A stretch of DNA of 63,431 nucleotides, filler included, from Actinobacteria bacterium UBA7524 (GTDB lineage: Bacteria > Actinomycetota > Coriobacteriia > Anaerosomatales > UBA912): NCBI GenBank assembly GCA_002478275.1. It is 3 parts of 3 records of this genome, joined end to end, with 100 filler letters (N's around TTAATTAATTAA, not from the genome) between each part and the next. Parts side by side here need not be neighbours in the genome. Positions count along the whole stretch, not along the records: positions 1 to 26,346 come from DLMY01000053.1; 2 more parts are not named here. The stretch is one strand, 5' to 3'. The notes under the pieces were generated by a model. The model did no database searches, was not told the DNA's origin, and was given only the letters and a program-made list of their open reading frames with translations. The position numbers and the translations under genes are program-made. Shown here in pieces: positions 1 through 9,679 of this stretch. The first letter of the stretch is position 1, and every line of letters begins with the position of its first letter.

Positions 1-2
1 TC

Positions 3-1438
3 ATGGGGGCGGGCGGGGCAGTCGGTGCGACGCTGGTCGCAGTGAGTCTACGCTCCGAGCATGCCGTCATGAACGTCTGGCTGCGACTGCAGTCCATCTT
101 CGAGTTCGACAGGGGCAGCGCGCTCACGAGGTTCCAGATCTGGCGTGCTGCGACAGACGCGATCGCCGACAGGCCGATCCTCGGGTTCGGTGCCGATACG
201 TTCAGGCTGATCTTCCCCAAGTACAAACCGGTGGAGTACGTTGAGACCGCAGGCTATCTCTCTGTTGCCGACAACGTGCACAACTACCCNNNNNNNNNNN
301 NNNNNNNNNNNNNNNNNNNNNNNNNNNNNNNNNNNNNNNNNNNNNNNNNNNNNNNNNNNNNNNNNNNNNNNNNNNNNNNNNNNNNNNNNNNNNNNNNNNN
401 NNNNNNNACGTGCACAACTACCCGCTGCAGATCACCGCGGCGTTGGGGATACCGGGATTCTTGCTGCTCTACGGGCTGTTCGGTGCCGTGGCGTGGTTCT
501 CGGCGCCGCTCGTGTTCCGCCGTGCAGACGGATCGATCTCCGACCGCGTCATACTTGGCGGCTTGTGGGCTGCGTGCGCCGGCTACCTCGTCCATCTCGT
601 GTTCGGCCTCTCGGTCACGGGAACGACAGTCCTTCTGTGGGTGCTGATGGCGGCTGTCCTGGCGCCCCTCGCCCGGGCCGTCGACGTGAAAGCGCCGTCA
701 TGGGGAGCGGCAGCTGCCGTGGTTGCCGCAGGGCTCGCGGCTGTGCTCTTCGTGATGAACGTCGTCTACATCAGGGCGGACAATCACTACCTGCGCGGCC
801 GTGTAGTCGCGCGCGGGATGGAGCGCGTACAGGAGGCGGAGAGCGCGATCAAGCTCAACCCCTACAACGACATGTACCGGGCAGAGTACGGGATGGCCAA
901 TCTCGAGGTCTTCATGCAGTATGCGTCGATGCTTGCCAGCGAAAGCGACCCCGACGAGCTGACACGTCTACGATCGAGCGCACAGGCACAGTTCGGTGTG
1001 ACAGAGCGCGCGTTCCTCGACGTGATCGAATTCGTGCCCTGGGAGTACGACAACTACGTCTTCCTCACCAATCTCTATGTGGCGGCGGGCGATACCTTCC
1101 GCGATCGAATGTACTACGAGAAGGGCGTCGAGACGGCGGTCAGAGGCATTGAAGGTCAAGGTCTGGAGCATGGCCCGGCCCTGCGCATGCAGTACGCGCG
1201 GGCGCTGACCGCCCTGGGCCGGCTCGAGGAGGCTCGCGATGAGATCGCGTATGCCGTGGAGATGGATCCGCGCTACGTCGACGGGATGGTCATGTACGCA
1301 GGGCTGTCGGAACAGCTGGGCGACCCGGAGACCGCGCTGGAGCTCTACGAGAGGGTTCTGAAGCGAAACCCCGAGTATCCGCGCATCCCGGAGGCGGTCG
1401 AACGCCTCAGGACGGAACTTGGCGTACAGGAGGACTGA
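3..1438 (+). CDS. O-antigen ligase/O-oligosaccharyltransferase (Wzy_C)-family membrane protein with C-terminal TPR repeats; probably 5'-partial, interrupted by an artefactual N gap
   Basis: Motifs RFQIWRAA..IADRPILGFGADTF and VHNYPLQITAALGIPG. The 16-mer ACGTGCACAACTACCC occurs on both sides of the gap (274-289, 408-423), so the two ORF pieces join in frame. TPR-like C-terminus. Confidence 0.8.
290..407. other. Scaffolding gap (Ns) whose flanks overlap by 16 bp
   Basis: Identical 16-mer on each side of the N run. Confidence 0.9.
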
Positions 1439-1441
1439 TCA

Positions 1442-2170
1442 ATGGCCAGTTCATCGAAGGACGTATCCGAAACAGGCGACCGGTCGACCCGGGACACACC
1501 CGATCCCCAGGAGGCGAAGCCGGGCAAGACGAACGGTAACGCTGGCGTTCCGGCGATGACCGTCCAACGTCTTCCTGTCTACCTGCGCGTCCTCATCCAG
1601 ATGCAGTCGCAACGTGTCGAGGTCGCCAATTCCGTGCAGATTGCCGAGGCGGCCGGCTCCAACGCGGCTCAGGTGCGCAAGGACCTCTCATACCTGGGAG
1701 AGTACGGAGTCAGAGGGATCGGCTACGACGTCGGGAAACTGATCGTCCACCTTTCCGGCTGGCTCGGACTCCGTACCGCACGCAAGGTCGCTGTGATCGG
1801 TTACGGGCGGTTGGGTAGCGCACTGTGTAGCTACGGCGGCTTCCAGGACCGGGGTTTCAGCATAGTCGCGGTCCTGGACAGCGACCCTGACAAAGTCGGC
1901 ACGTCTGTCGCTGGTGATGTGGTCATCGAGCCGTTCGCACAGGCCACCGATGTGCTGAGGCGCGAAGGTGCAGAGATCGCCATACTCACCGTGCCGGCCG
2001 TGGCTGCGCAGGACGCCGCAGACAAGGTCGTGGGCGCGGGCGTCAAAGCGATACTGAACTTCGCCCCGATCGGCCTGAACGTGCCGGATGGCGTCGTTGT
2101 TCGCCAGGCCGATGTTGCTGCGGAATTGCAGATACTGTCGTATCACTTGAGTTCGGAAGCAGGAAGATGA
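1442..2170 (+). CDS. rex: Redox-sensing transcriptional repressor Rex
   Basis: RLPVYLR, QVRKDLSYLGEYGVRGIGY winged helix; Rossmann motif IGYGRLGSAL; GVKAILNFAP. Confidence 0.93.
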   Translation: MASSSKDVSETGDRSTRDTPDPQEAKPGKTNGNAGVPAMTVQRLPVYLRVLIQMQSQRVEVANSVQIAEAAGSNAAQVRKDLSYLGEYGVRGIGYDVGKLIVHLSGWLGLRTARKVAVIGYGRLGSALCSYGGFQDRGFSIVAVLDSDPDKVGTSVAGDVVIEPFAQATDVLRREGAEIAILTVPAVAAQDAADKVVGAGVKAILNFAPIGLNVPDGVVVRQADVAAELQILSYHLSSEAGR

Positions 2171-2877
2171 CCCAGGACAGCCCTGCCGGAAAGGACACCA
2201 TACCGGCCGAGGAGACCACCGGTCCCGGTACAACGCCCGACGCGGAAGAAGCCGAGCAACTGGTTCCCGCATGGCTCGCCGTACTCGTGCTCGTGCTGTT
2301 GCTCGCCGTCGTCGCGACGGGCGGGTACATCGTGCGCGGCATCTTCTCACCGGCTGATCCCGTGAACCAGGAGGAGCGCGACATCCGTAAGTGGGAGTCG
2401 TTGGCTGAACAGAGCCCGTACGACCCGTCTGTGCTGCTGTCTCTCGGTTCCGCGTATCAGCGTGCGGGCAGGCTGCGAGATGCCGTGACTCAGTACGACA
2501 AGGTGCTCGAGATCCAGCCGAACGACACGGCGGCGCTCTACAACAGGGCGGCGGTACTGATGGAGCAGGGGAAGGACAAGCTCGCTGTCGAGCAGCTATG
2601 GGACGTGCTCGAGCGTGATCCAGAACACGTTGCGGCAGCCAAGATGCTTGGCGAGTACTATGGCGACCGGGGGCAGTACCGCTCGCTCATAGCGGCTGTG
2701 CGTCCGGTGGTCGAGGTCAAGGAGTCCTCGGCCGACCTGCAGTACCTGATGGGTGTGGCCTATGAGAATCTGGGTCGTCTCGACTGGGCCGAGGCCCGTT
2801 ACCGTCTGGCTCTGCGCTACTACCCGGACATGCCCGAGGCGCATACAGCCATGGAACGGTTGGGTGTGGAGCCGTGA
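2167..2877 (+). CDS. Membrane-anchored tetratricopeptide repeat protein
   Basis: N-terminal TM helix then several TPR-like repeats; ATGA overlap with rex. Confidence 0.8.
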   Translation: MTQDSPAGKDTIPAEETTGPGTTPDAEEAEQLVPAWLAVLVLVLLLAVVATGGYIVRGIFSPADPVNQEERDIRKWESLAEQSPYDPSVLLSLGSAYQRAGRLRDAVTQYDKVLEIQPNDTAALYNRAAVLMEQGKDKLAVEQLWDVLERDPEHVAAAKMLGEYYGDRGQYRSLIAAVRPVVEVKESSADLQYLMGVAYENLGRLDWAEARYRLALRYYPDMPEAHTAMERLGVEP

Positions 2878-3941
2878 GGCTCGCGGGTCGCGAGGTGTCC
2901 CAAAGGCGCGTCTTCGTGACGATCGCCGTGTTGCTGGGACTGGCACTCGTCGCGTTACTGATATACCTGCTGTTCTTCATGGGAGACACCGCTGAACCGG
3001 TGGAACCCAGGGAAGTCGCAGGTATCCTCCCCATACTGTCGATCGAGGGTCCGGAGACCGGCGAGCGCCCCGAGTTCGACCGGCCGCTCGGTGCGGCTTT
3101 CGGGCCTGATGGCAGGATCTACGTCGCCGACACGGGCAACCACCGTGTCTGCGTGTTCGCGGCCGACGGAGCTTTCCTGTTCGAGTTCGGAGGTCATGGA
3201 GTCGTCAAGCCGGCGCCCCAGGTGGAGCCGACCTGGCAACCCGGTCTGATGAACTCGCCGGTGGCCGTCGATGTCTCCTCCGACGGCACGGTTCATGTCG
3301 CGGATTTCTACAACAATCAGATACAGGCCTTCGATGCGGAAGGTGTCTTCTTGCGCAGCTTCCCCGATCCCTTGCAGCGTGTCGGGCAGGGTGGTTCGGG
3401 TCAAGGAGGGACGGGGATAGCGGTCACTGACGTACATGCGGCCGGCGGCCGAGTGTACGCTACCGACCGCTATCAGGTCGTGGTGTTCGAGGAGGACGGC
3501 ACGTTCGTCACGCAGTTCGGTAAGCCCGGTGTGGGCAGTGGGGACCTCGACCATCCCAACGGACTGTTCATGACCGATGAGGGCACGCTCTATGTCGCCG
3601 ACTCCAACAACAACCGAGTGGTGGCGTTCGACGGCGACGGTCAGGTGCGGTGGGCGTTCGGAGCGTTCGTCTCACAGCTCGACAAGCAGGAGGAGAACCC
3701 GTTCGGTTTGCCCAGGGACGTGACGGTCACCGAGCGAGGCACCCTGCTCGTTGTGGACGCGTTCGAGTTCGAACTGGTCGAAGTCGATACCGAAGGCGAA
3801 GTGCTGGGCCGCTATGGCCGCCGAGGCGTCGCGCCGGGGGAGTTCAACTTCCCGAATTCGATCGATACCTATGGCGACCTGCTCCTTGTCGCCGACAAGG
3901 AGAACGACCGGGTGCAGGTACTCCGCCTGGTTCGTCGCTAG
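2874..3941 (+). CDS. Membrane-anchored NHL-repeat beta-propeller protein
   Basis: TM helix; repeats such as FDRPLGAAFGPDGRIYVADTGNHRV, LDHPNGL..LYVADSNNNRV, FNFPNSI. Confidence 0.88.
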   Translation: MRLAGREVSQRRVFVTIAVLLGLALVALLIYLLFFMGDTAEPVEPREVAGILPILSIEGPETGERPEFDRPLGAAFGPDGRIYVADTGNHRVCVFAADGAFLFEFGGHGVVKPAPQVEPTWQPGLMNSPVAVDVSSDGTVHVADFYNNQIQAFDAEGVFLRSFPDPLQRVGQGGSGQGGTGIAVTDVHAAGGRVYATDRYQVVVFEEDGTFVTQFGKPGVGSGDLDHPNGLFMTDEGTLYVADSNNNRVVAFDGDGQVRWAFGAFVSQLDKQEENPFGLPRDVTVTERGTLLVVDAFEFELVEVDTEGEVLGRYGRRGVAPGEFNFPNSIDTYGDLLLVADKENDRVQVLRLVRR

Positions 3942-4022
3942 AATCGTGTCGTTGCTGTCAGGGACGGCAAGATATCCCAGGTAAGCGGGGGTCTTGTTCT
4001 GCCGTTACGGCTGGCAGGACCC

Positions 4023-4051
4023 TTGCTTGTGAGGGTATCGTTAGCTAGGAT
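4023..4051 (+). promoter_or_regulatory. Putative sigma70-type promoter for the cytochrome at 4112
   Basis: TTGCTT-N17-TAGGAT in the intergenic region. Confidence 0.4.
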
Positions 4052-4111
4052 TAGGAGGGAGGATTGCGTCCTCTCTCATAAGGCTGCACTCTCGATTGGC
4101 AGGTTCACCTC

Positions 4112-5197
4112 TTGAACCGTCGGATAGCTGTATTCATAGTCGCATTCGCCCTGCTCGGCGCCGCGAGCGCCGTTCCTGCTCTCGCGTACGACGAGCTTGA
4201 CCCGCCCACGGGCAAGAGCTGCGACGAGTGTCACGGTCTGGATGAGGGAGAGTCGGGGAGCGGCGTAAACGACGTACGCCCGCGCAAAGGTCCTCATGGC
4301 GGTTACAGCACCGGGACTCAGAAGTGCCAGACGTGCCATACCGTCCACGCGGCGCCCCTCATGAGCGTCATCCTGCTGCCCGCCGCGACGATCCGTGACA
4401 CCTGCAACAGCTGCCACGACGGCACCGGAGGCAAAGGGGTCTACGGCGTACTCGAGTCCCAGGGAGTCACTGTGACGGCCGCCCACCGCATTGAGGAGAC
4501 CGACCTCGTGCCTGGCGGTTCGCAGGCCGGGACCGAGGAGACACGTACGTTCTCCGCCGATGGGTTGCTCACATGCAGCGACTGCCACAGCCCGCACGAC
4601 AACAACACGGTGGAACCTTTCACCGGCGACCGCATCCGCGAGTCCGAGGCCGCGTCGTTCCCGGCCGATCCGCCGAGTATGGCGGTCAAGACCAACCGTC
4701 TGCTCAAACAGCGGCCCACGAGTGGGACGACGGACACACCCGTTTACGGTTCGGATTGGTGCGGGGCGTGTCACACGGGGCGTCTGTACGGCTCTGCGGG
4801 TGTGTACAACCACCCCGTGGAGACCCAGACCGCCGGGGTCCACTATGACAGCATCTTGAGGGTCACCGGACCCAACACGAGCGACGTCCAGACCGGTACT
4901 CTCGGGGCATCCAACTACGGGTACGTGATGCCGACCTCGACACCCGATCCACCTGGTCGCCGCTACCCGATCTGCCAGCAGTGTCACGAAGATGCACGTT
5001 CAGTGGGCAACGACCCTGCTCAACCACAGCGCATCTCCACCCTCAATGGGTTCGACGAGGAATTCACCATCACGGCGGCTGATGGCTCCGTTACTTCCGA
5101 CAATCCGCGCTTCCAGGTGTTCCCGCACGAGTCTGGCACCTCCCGATTCCTGGTGGAGACCACAGACAGCCTGTGCACGAACTGCCACGACAACTGA
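4112..5197 (+). CDS. Secreted heptaheme cytochrome c with OmcS-like motif order
   Basis: Signal peptide ending ALA; 7 CxxCH (CDECH, CQTCH, CNSCH, CSDCH, CGACH, CQQCH, CTNCH); GPHGGY motif shared with the 18851 and 21202 genes. Confidence 0.88.
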   Translation: MNRRIAVFIVAFALLGAASAVPALAYDELDPPTGKSCDECHGLDEGESGSGVNDVRPRKGPHGGYSTGTQKCQTCHTVHAAPLMSVILLPAATIRDTCNSCHDGTGGKGVYGVLESQGVTVTAAHRIEETDLVPGGSQAGTEETRTFSADGLLTCSDCHSPHDNNTVEPFTGDRIRESEAASFPADPPSMAVKTNRLLKQRPTSGTTDTPVYGSDWCGACHTGRLYGSAGVYNHPVETQTAGVHYDSILRVTGPNTSDVQTGTLGASNYGYVMPTSTPDPPGRRYPICQQCHEDARSVGNDPAQPQRISTLNGFDEEFTITAADGSVTSDNPRFQVFPHESGTSRFLVETTDSLCTNCHDN

Positions 5198-5241
5198 GGT
5201 TGCGGCCGGTGACGTTTCTGGGCGACAGGACCCATCCGCGA

Positions 5242-5772
5242 ATGAAGGTCGGGCTACTTGGGACTTTCGTCTGCTTGCTTGTGCTGGCGCTCATCGCGGG
5301 GTGCACTCAAGCATCGCCCGATCCGGAAGCCGAAGGCCAGGACCAGGGCGAGATCGACCTGACCCGGATGCTGTTCACTGACTACTCCACGCCCGAGAAC
5401 GCCGTGCAGTCCTATCTCGACTGGATGTCGTACGCCTATCGAGTGACCGACTCCCAGGTCGCAACATCAGCGATGACCGACTGGGAGTGGGTGCGGGTTG
5501 ACGCTTACCTCGAGATGAACCGGCAGGAGGGGCGTGGCATCGACCAGAGCCTGATCGAGCTGGAGGTGCTCGGTGTCGAGGGAAGCGAGACCACCAGCAC
5601 GGTGAGGACGCATGAGCTGTGGACATACCGGTACTTCGGCCCCGACGCCGAGTACATCAGCGACGAGATGACGGCGACGTATTCGGTCGAGTACACGGTG
5701 ATCAGACCCGAGGGCACACCGAACTGGCTCGTCGATCGGGTCAAGGCGACACCTGAAGCTCCGGTGGAGTAG
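5242..5772 (+). CDS. Putative lipoprotein
   Basis: MKVGLLG...LIAGC lipobox; acidic soluble domain; start chosen at the signal peptide. Confidence 0.7.
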   Translation: MKVGLLGTFVCLLVLALIAGCTQASPDPEAEGQDQGEIDLTRMLFTDYSTPENAVQSYLDWMSYAYRVTDSQVATSAMTDWEWVRVDAYLEMNRQEGRGIDQSLIELEVLGVEGSETTSTVRTHELWTYRYFGPDAEYISDEMTATYSVEYTVIRPEGTPNWLVDRVKATPEAPVE

Positions 5773-5775
5773 TCT

Positions 5776-7155
5776 GTGGCCGTCAGCCGCGCATCGGCGA
5801 GACGCACTCTTGGCCAGACACTGAGGTCGCCGAGGTTGGCCGTTTGGCTGCTCGCCATCCTCATCGTGTACATGGCCGTCTCCACGATCGTCCCGCAGCG
5901 TTCCTATCGCGGAGAAGAGCTTTCGCAATGGGCAGAGCGCTACCCGGCTTTGGCTGCTGTCACTGGCTCACTGGGACTTCACGATGCTTACGTCAACATC
6001 TTCTTCCTTGCCTTGGTTGTTCTTCTCGCGGCCTCGACCGCGGCATGCGCATGGCAGCGCACGACCCGCGCAACGGGGATGCTGCGCCGACTCGGCACGA
6101 TCGACTCGGGGCGTGTCGGGTCGATCCGCTCTGCGCCTGTCGCGAGGATCCCCCTGACCGGCGAAGACGGGGGAGACACCGCCTATCGTGAAGCCGCTTC
6201 GGCTCTCAGGTCGCTCGGGCTCAGTGTCCGCACGGGCCCTCTTGTCACGGAAGCGTCCTCAGGGGCACTCGGTCTCCTCGGCAGTCCTGTGTTCCATTGG
6301 GCGCTCGTAGGTCTGATGCTTGCTATACCGGCAGGTCAGCTGGTCCGTGCGGAGGGACAGATCGGTATCGTGACCGGATACGAGAAAGCTGACGTCGCCG
6401 AGGAATACGGTGTCCTCGAGAGAGGCTTGTTCCACGGTGAGCTGAGTGGTCTGGTCATCGGTGTCGAGCCGGAAATGCCGCTGGAGTACATCGATGGCGG
6501 GGTCGACCGGGGGGCGGCTCCCGAGGTGTATCTGCGCGACGGAGAGAGTGTCGTGGCGCGCGGCCGGGTGTACCCGAACAAGCCGCTCAGGTACGGCGCG
6601 ATGACGATCCACATGTCCGAACACGGGCTGGGCGCCGTCGTATCGCTGGTGACCTCCGAGACGGCCGAGGAGAGCCAGTATCTGATAGACCGGGATGCAT
6701 CGTCACCGACCGGATGGGGCAAGGGCGTCCAGGGGCTGTACGATGAGGCCGGCCGGGAGCTGGCCGAGATCTCTGTCGAGCCCGATCCCGAGAGTACCGG
6801 GCGTGCCGTGGTGGAGATCGACCGGCCCGGCGAGCAGACGCTTCGCTCCTCCAGCCTGGGAGTGGGTGACACCGTCGAGCTGATGGATGGGGCGTCGCTG
6901 AGGGTGGAGTACCTGGGTTCGTACGCGAGGCTCTCGGTGGTGGAGGATCCTTCGGTCCCGGTCGTCTATCTGCTGCTCACCATCGCCTGTATCGCGGCGG
7001 CCGTCTCAGTGCTCGTTCCGTATCGGACCGTTTGGCTCGTGCGTGACGAGGTCGACGGGGAGCCGGTCGTTGCGGTCTCGATCAGGCACAGCAGGGGAGA
7101 GCGGTCGTTCCGCGAGCGGGTGCTGGAAGTCCTCGCCGGACAGGAGGAGCAGTGA
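5776..7155 (+). CDS. resB: Cytochrome c biogenesis protein ResB/CcsB (System II)
   Basis: N-terminal TMs (STIVPQ, ACAWQR), conserved FHWAL, large extracytoplasmic domain with VYPNKPLRY, DPSVPVVY; coupled to ccsA. Confidence 0.85.
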   Translation: MAVSRASARRTLGQTLRSPRLAVWLLAILIVYMAVSTIVPQRSYRGEELSQWAERYPALAAVTGSLGLHDAYVNIFFLALVVLLAASTAACAWQRTTRATGMLRRLGTIDSGRVGSIRSAPVARIPLTGEDGGDTAYREAASALRSLGLSVRTGPLVTEASSGALGLLGSPVFHWALVGLMLAIPAGQLVRAEGQIGIVTGYEKADVAEEYGVLERGLFHGELSGLVIGVEPEMPLEYIDGGVDRGAAPEVYLRDGESVVARGRVYPNKPLRYGAMTIHMSEHGLGAVVSLVTSETAEESQYLIDRDASSPTGWGKGVQGLYDEAGRELAEISVEPDPESTGRAVVEIDRPGEQTLRSSSLGVGDTVELMDGASLRVEYLGSYARLSVVEDPSVPVVYLLLTIACIAAAVSVLVPYRTVWLVRDEVDGEPVVAVSIRHSRGERSFRERVLEVLAGQEEQ

Positions 7156-7982
7156 ACTGGGAGATCATCTCGATGTGGGCGGCTGTGACGATGTATGCAG
7201 CCTCAGCGGTGCTGTTCGTTGTCGGTCTGGCTTTCAGCAGACCTCGTCTGGTCATGCTCGCCACGTGGCTCGCCCTTGCGGGTCTGATGCCTCACGCCGT
7301 AGGCATCGGCATTCGATGGGTCCGAGTGGGCCACGGTCCTTACCTCGGCTTCTATGAGGTCGTCTCGTCGTATGCCTTCATGGCGGTGGCAGGGTTCGCG
7401 CTGCTGGTGTGGCGTCGCAAGAATCTGGCCGCCGCGGGAGTCGTGCTCATGCCCGTTGCGTTCATCACCCTGGGCGCGGCCATGTTCACTCCGAAAGCGG
7501 AACTGGAGATCACCGGCACCCTTGCCAGCTGGTGGCTCAACCTGCACGTTGTCTTCGCGAAACTCTCATACGGGGCATTCATCGTGGCGTTCGCACTTGC
7601 GGCAGTCTACCTGTTCAGGGACCGGGCGAGTGGCATGTTGTCGGAGGTTCTGGCCAAGCTGCCTTCCCAGGTGACACTCGATGACCTGCAGTCGCGATTC
7701 GTGGGCGTCGGCTTCGTCTTCCTCGGCATAATGATCGTGACCGGGGCCATCTGGGCGGACCAGGCGTGGGGCCGGTACTGGGGATGGGACCCGATCGAGA
7801 CCTGGTCACTGGTCTCGTGGGTGGTCTACGCGCTCTACCTTCACGCGCGGCTTACGCTCGGATGGAGGGGGCGCCGCTCGGCCTGGTTCGCCCTGTTCGC
7901 GCTGCCGGTGGTCCTGTTCGCTCTCATCGGGGTGCCGCTGGTGTACAGCTCGATTCACGGAGCCTACCTGATAGGGTACTGA
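7152..7982 (+). CDS. ccsA: Cytochrome c biogenesis protein CcsA/ResC (System II heme lyase)
   Basis: WWD motif GAIWADQAWGRYWGWDPIETWS, YLHAR, terminal HG. Confidence 0.95.
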   Translation: MNWEIISMWAAVTMYAASAVLFVVGLAFSRPRLVMLATWLALAGLMPHAVGIGIRWVRVGHGPYLGFYEVVSSYAFMAVAGFALLVWRRKNLAAAGVVLMPVAFITLGAAMFTPKAELEITGTLASWWLNLHVVFAKLSYGAFIVAFALAAVYLFRDRASGMLSEVLAKLPSQVTLDDLQSRFVGVGFVFLGIMIVTGAIWADQAWGRYWGWDPIETWSLVSWVVYALYLHARLTLGWRGRRSAWFALFALPVVLFALIGVPLVYSSIHGAYLIGY

Positions 7983-8135
7983 CGGGGCGGTTTGAGTCGC
8001 GAAAAGCGCTGGTTTTCGTGCTTAAGTCTCGTTCAAACGGGCAGCTCGGCATGGTAGACTGTCTATGACGCTCCCGTGTGCGTCTATGAAGCATGCGAAA
8101 CGAAGCTGCTGAGCCTGGCAGCACCGGGAGGATTG

Positions 8136-9611
8136 TTGAACGACCCGGAGGTCGTCGTAGACGACATCGAAGCCATCCAGAATACTCCGGAGGCCGAACA
8201 GGACGGGCATGGATCGCGGCGGTGGCTTGTTGCCCTGCTGCTGATTCTTCTCCTTCTGTGTGGCGTCACTTCCGCTGTGGACACCCTGGTGAATCGCGGC
8301 CCGGACCAGGCCCGCTTCATCACGCGTAACCTCGAATGTCTGCAGTGTCACACAGAAGTCATCCCCGATCTGACCCGCGCTTCGGTGCACAACCCGTTCA
8401 TGCTGAAAGAGTGCCTCGTCTGCCACACCGAGCACGGGCAGGAGATCGAGCGCTCCGTGTTCTCGGGCGGCTCTCGAAGCGTCCAGCGGCTGCGCACGCT
8501 GGTCGAGTGGCTTCCGCTCAAGTGGATCCTCGCGGCCTACGACAGTGTGACCGGAGTGGAGCGGACCGAAGAGGGCGGGCGACTCAAGAGCGTGACCGTG
8601 CGCAGGGTCGCAGGTGCTGAGTCGCAGCTGATCGCGCCGATCGACGAGCTTTGCTGGATATGCCATGGAAGCATGGGCGCTCAGACCGCGCTGCCTTACC
8701 CGCACAGCCCGTTCGAGCGCGGTTACTGCATCACGTGCCACAAGCCGCATGCCTCAGACCACCGCGCGCTGCTGCTTCAGGACGAGCGCGAGCTGTGCGT
8801 CACGTGCCATCCGATCGGCCCGGAGCTGGCGCGCGAGCAGGTTCACCCCCCCGCGGGTAACCGGTACTGCACCAACTGCCACGACCCGCACGCGTCCGAG
8901 TGGAAAGGCATCCTGGTCAGCCGCCAGCGGGACCTGTGCTTCATGTGCCATCCGACGGTAGCGCCGCTCAGTAACAAGGCCGTCCAGCATCAGCCCTTCG
9001 AGTACGACAACTGCACGGGATGCCACGAGCCTCACGGCTCGGACTTCCGCCCGCTGCTCATCAAGGACCAGCCGCCGCTGTGTTACGACTGCCATCCCTC
9101 TATCGCCACGGAGTTCAGGCGAGCGAGCATTCACCCTGTCGGTACACTGCAGCTCAACTGCGCTGACTGTCATAACCCGCATGCAGCCGATTACTCGGCA
9201 CTGCTCATCGCACGGGACAACGGGCTGTGCTACGAGTGCCATACGCAGGCGATCAAGGTGCGCTACGAAGCGTCGGCCCACAACCGGACTTTGTGCCTGG
9301 CATGTCACACGCCGCATGGGTCGGCGTACCGTCCGATACTGCGCGGAGCCAACCCGGACCTGTGTCTGAGATGCCACAACCCCGCGTACTACGACGAAGC
9401 ATCTTCCGTCGTGTACCGCAACAACCATCCGGTACGACCGATCAGCTGGGACGTGAACGCTGGCAAGCCGTTGACGTGTACGTCTTCTTGTCACGATCCG
9501 CACGGGACGCGGTACACGTTCATGTTGAGATATACGAACTCGCCGTTCGACGCGAACTGCTTGATCTGCCACGCGGTCACACCTGGGAAGCGGGTAGGTG
9601 TAGACTTCTGA
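8136..9611 (+). CDS. Membrane-anchored multiheme cytochrome c (14 CxxCH + 1 CxxxCH; doubled-CxxCH repeat type); start uncertain
   Basis: One TM helix; repeating HxP..CxxCHxPH..LCxxCH units; CTSSCH near the C-terminus; GGGAGG before the TTG. Confidence 0.9.
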   Translation: MNDPEVVVDDIEAIQNTPEAEQDGHGSRRWLVALLLILLLLCGVTSAVDTLVNRGPDQARFITRNLECLQCHTEVIPDLTRASVHNPFMLKECLVCHTEHGQEIERSVFSGGSRSVQRLRTLVEWLPLKWILAAYDSVTGVERTEEGGRLKSVTVRRVAGAESQLIAPIDELCWICHGSMGAQTALPYPHSPFERGYCITCHKPHASDHRALLLQDERELCVTCHPIGPELAREQVHPPAGNRYCTNCHDPHASEWKGILVSRQRDLCFMCHPTVAPLSNKAVQHQPFEYDNCTGCHEPHGSDFRPLLIKDQPPLCYDCHPSIATEFRRASIHPVGTLQLNCADCHNPHAADYSALLIARDNGLCYECHTQAIKVRYEASAHNRTLCLACHTPHGSAYRPILRGANPDLCLRCHNPAYYDEASSVVYRNNHPVRPISWDVNAGKPLTCTSSCHDPHGTRYTFMLRYTNSPFDANCLICHAVTPGKRVGVDF

Positions 9612-9679
9612 CCCGAGGACCCTTGCCCCTGCGGTGAGGGTCTGTACGCCGAGATATCCCGAGAGGAAGATACCGAGTC

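Noticed and set aside
274..423. Direct repeat or split gene around the first gap
   Set aside because: Overlap of contig ends; assembly artefact
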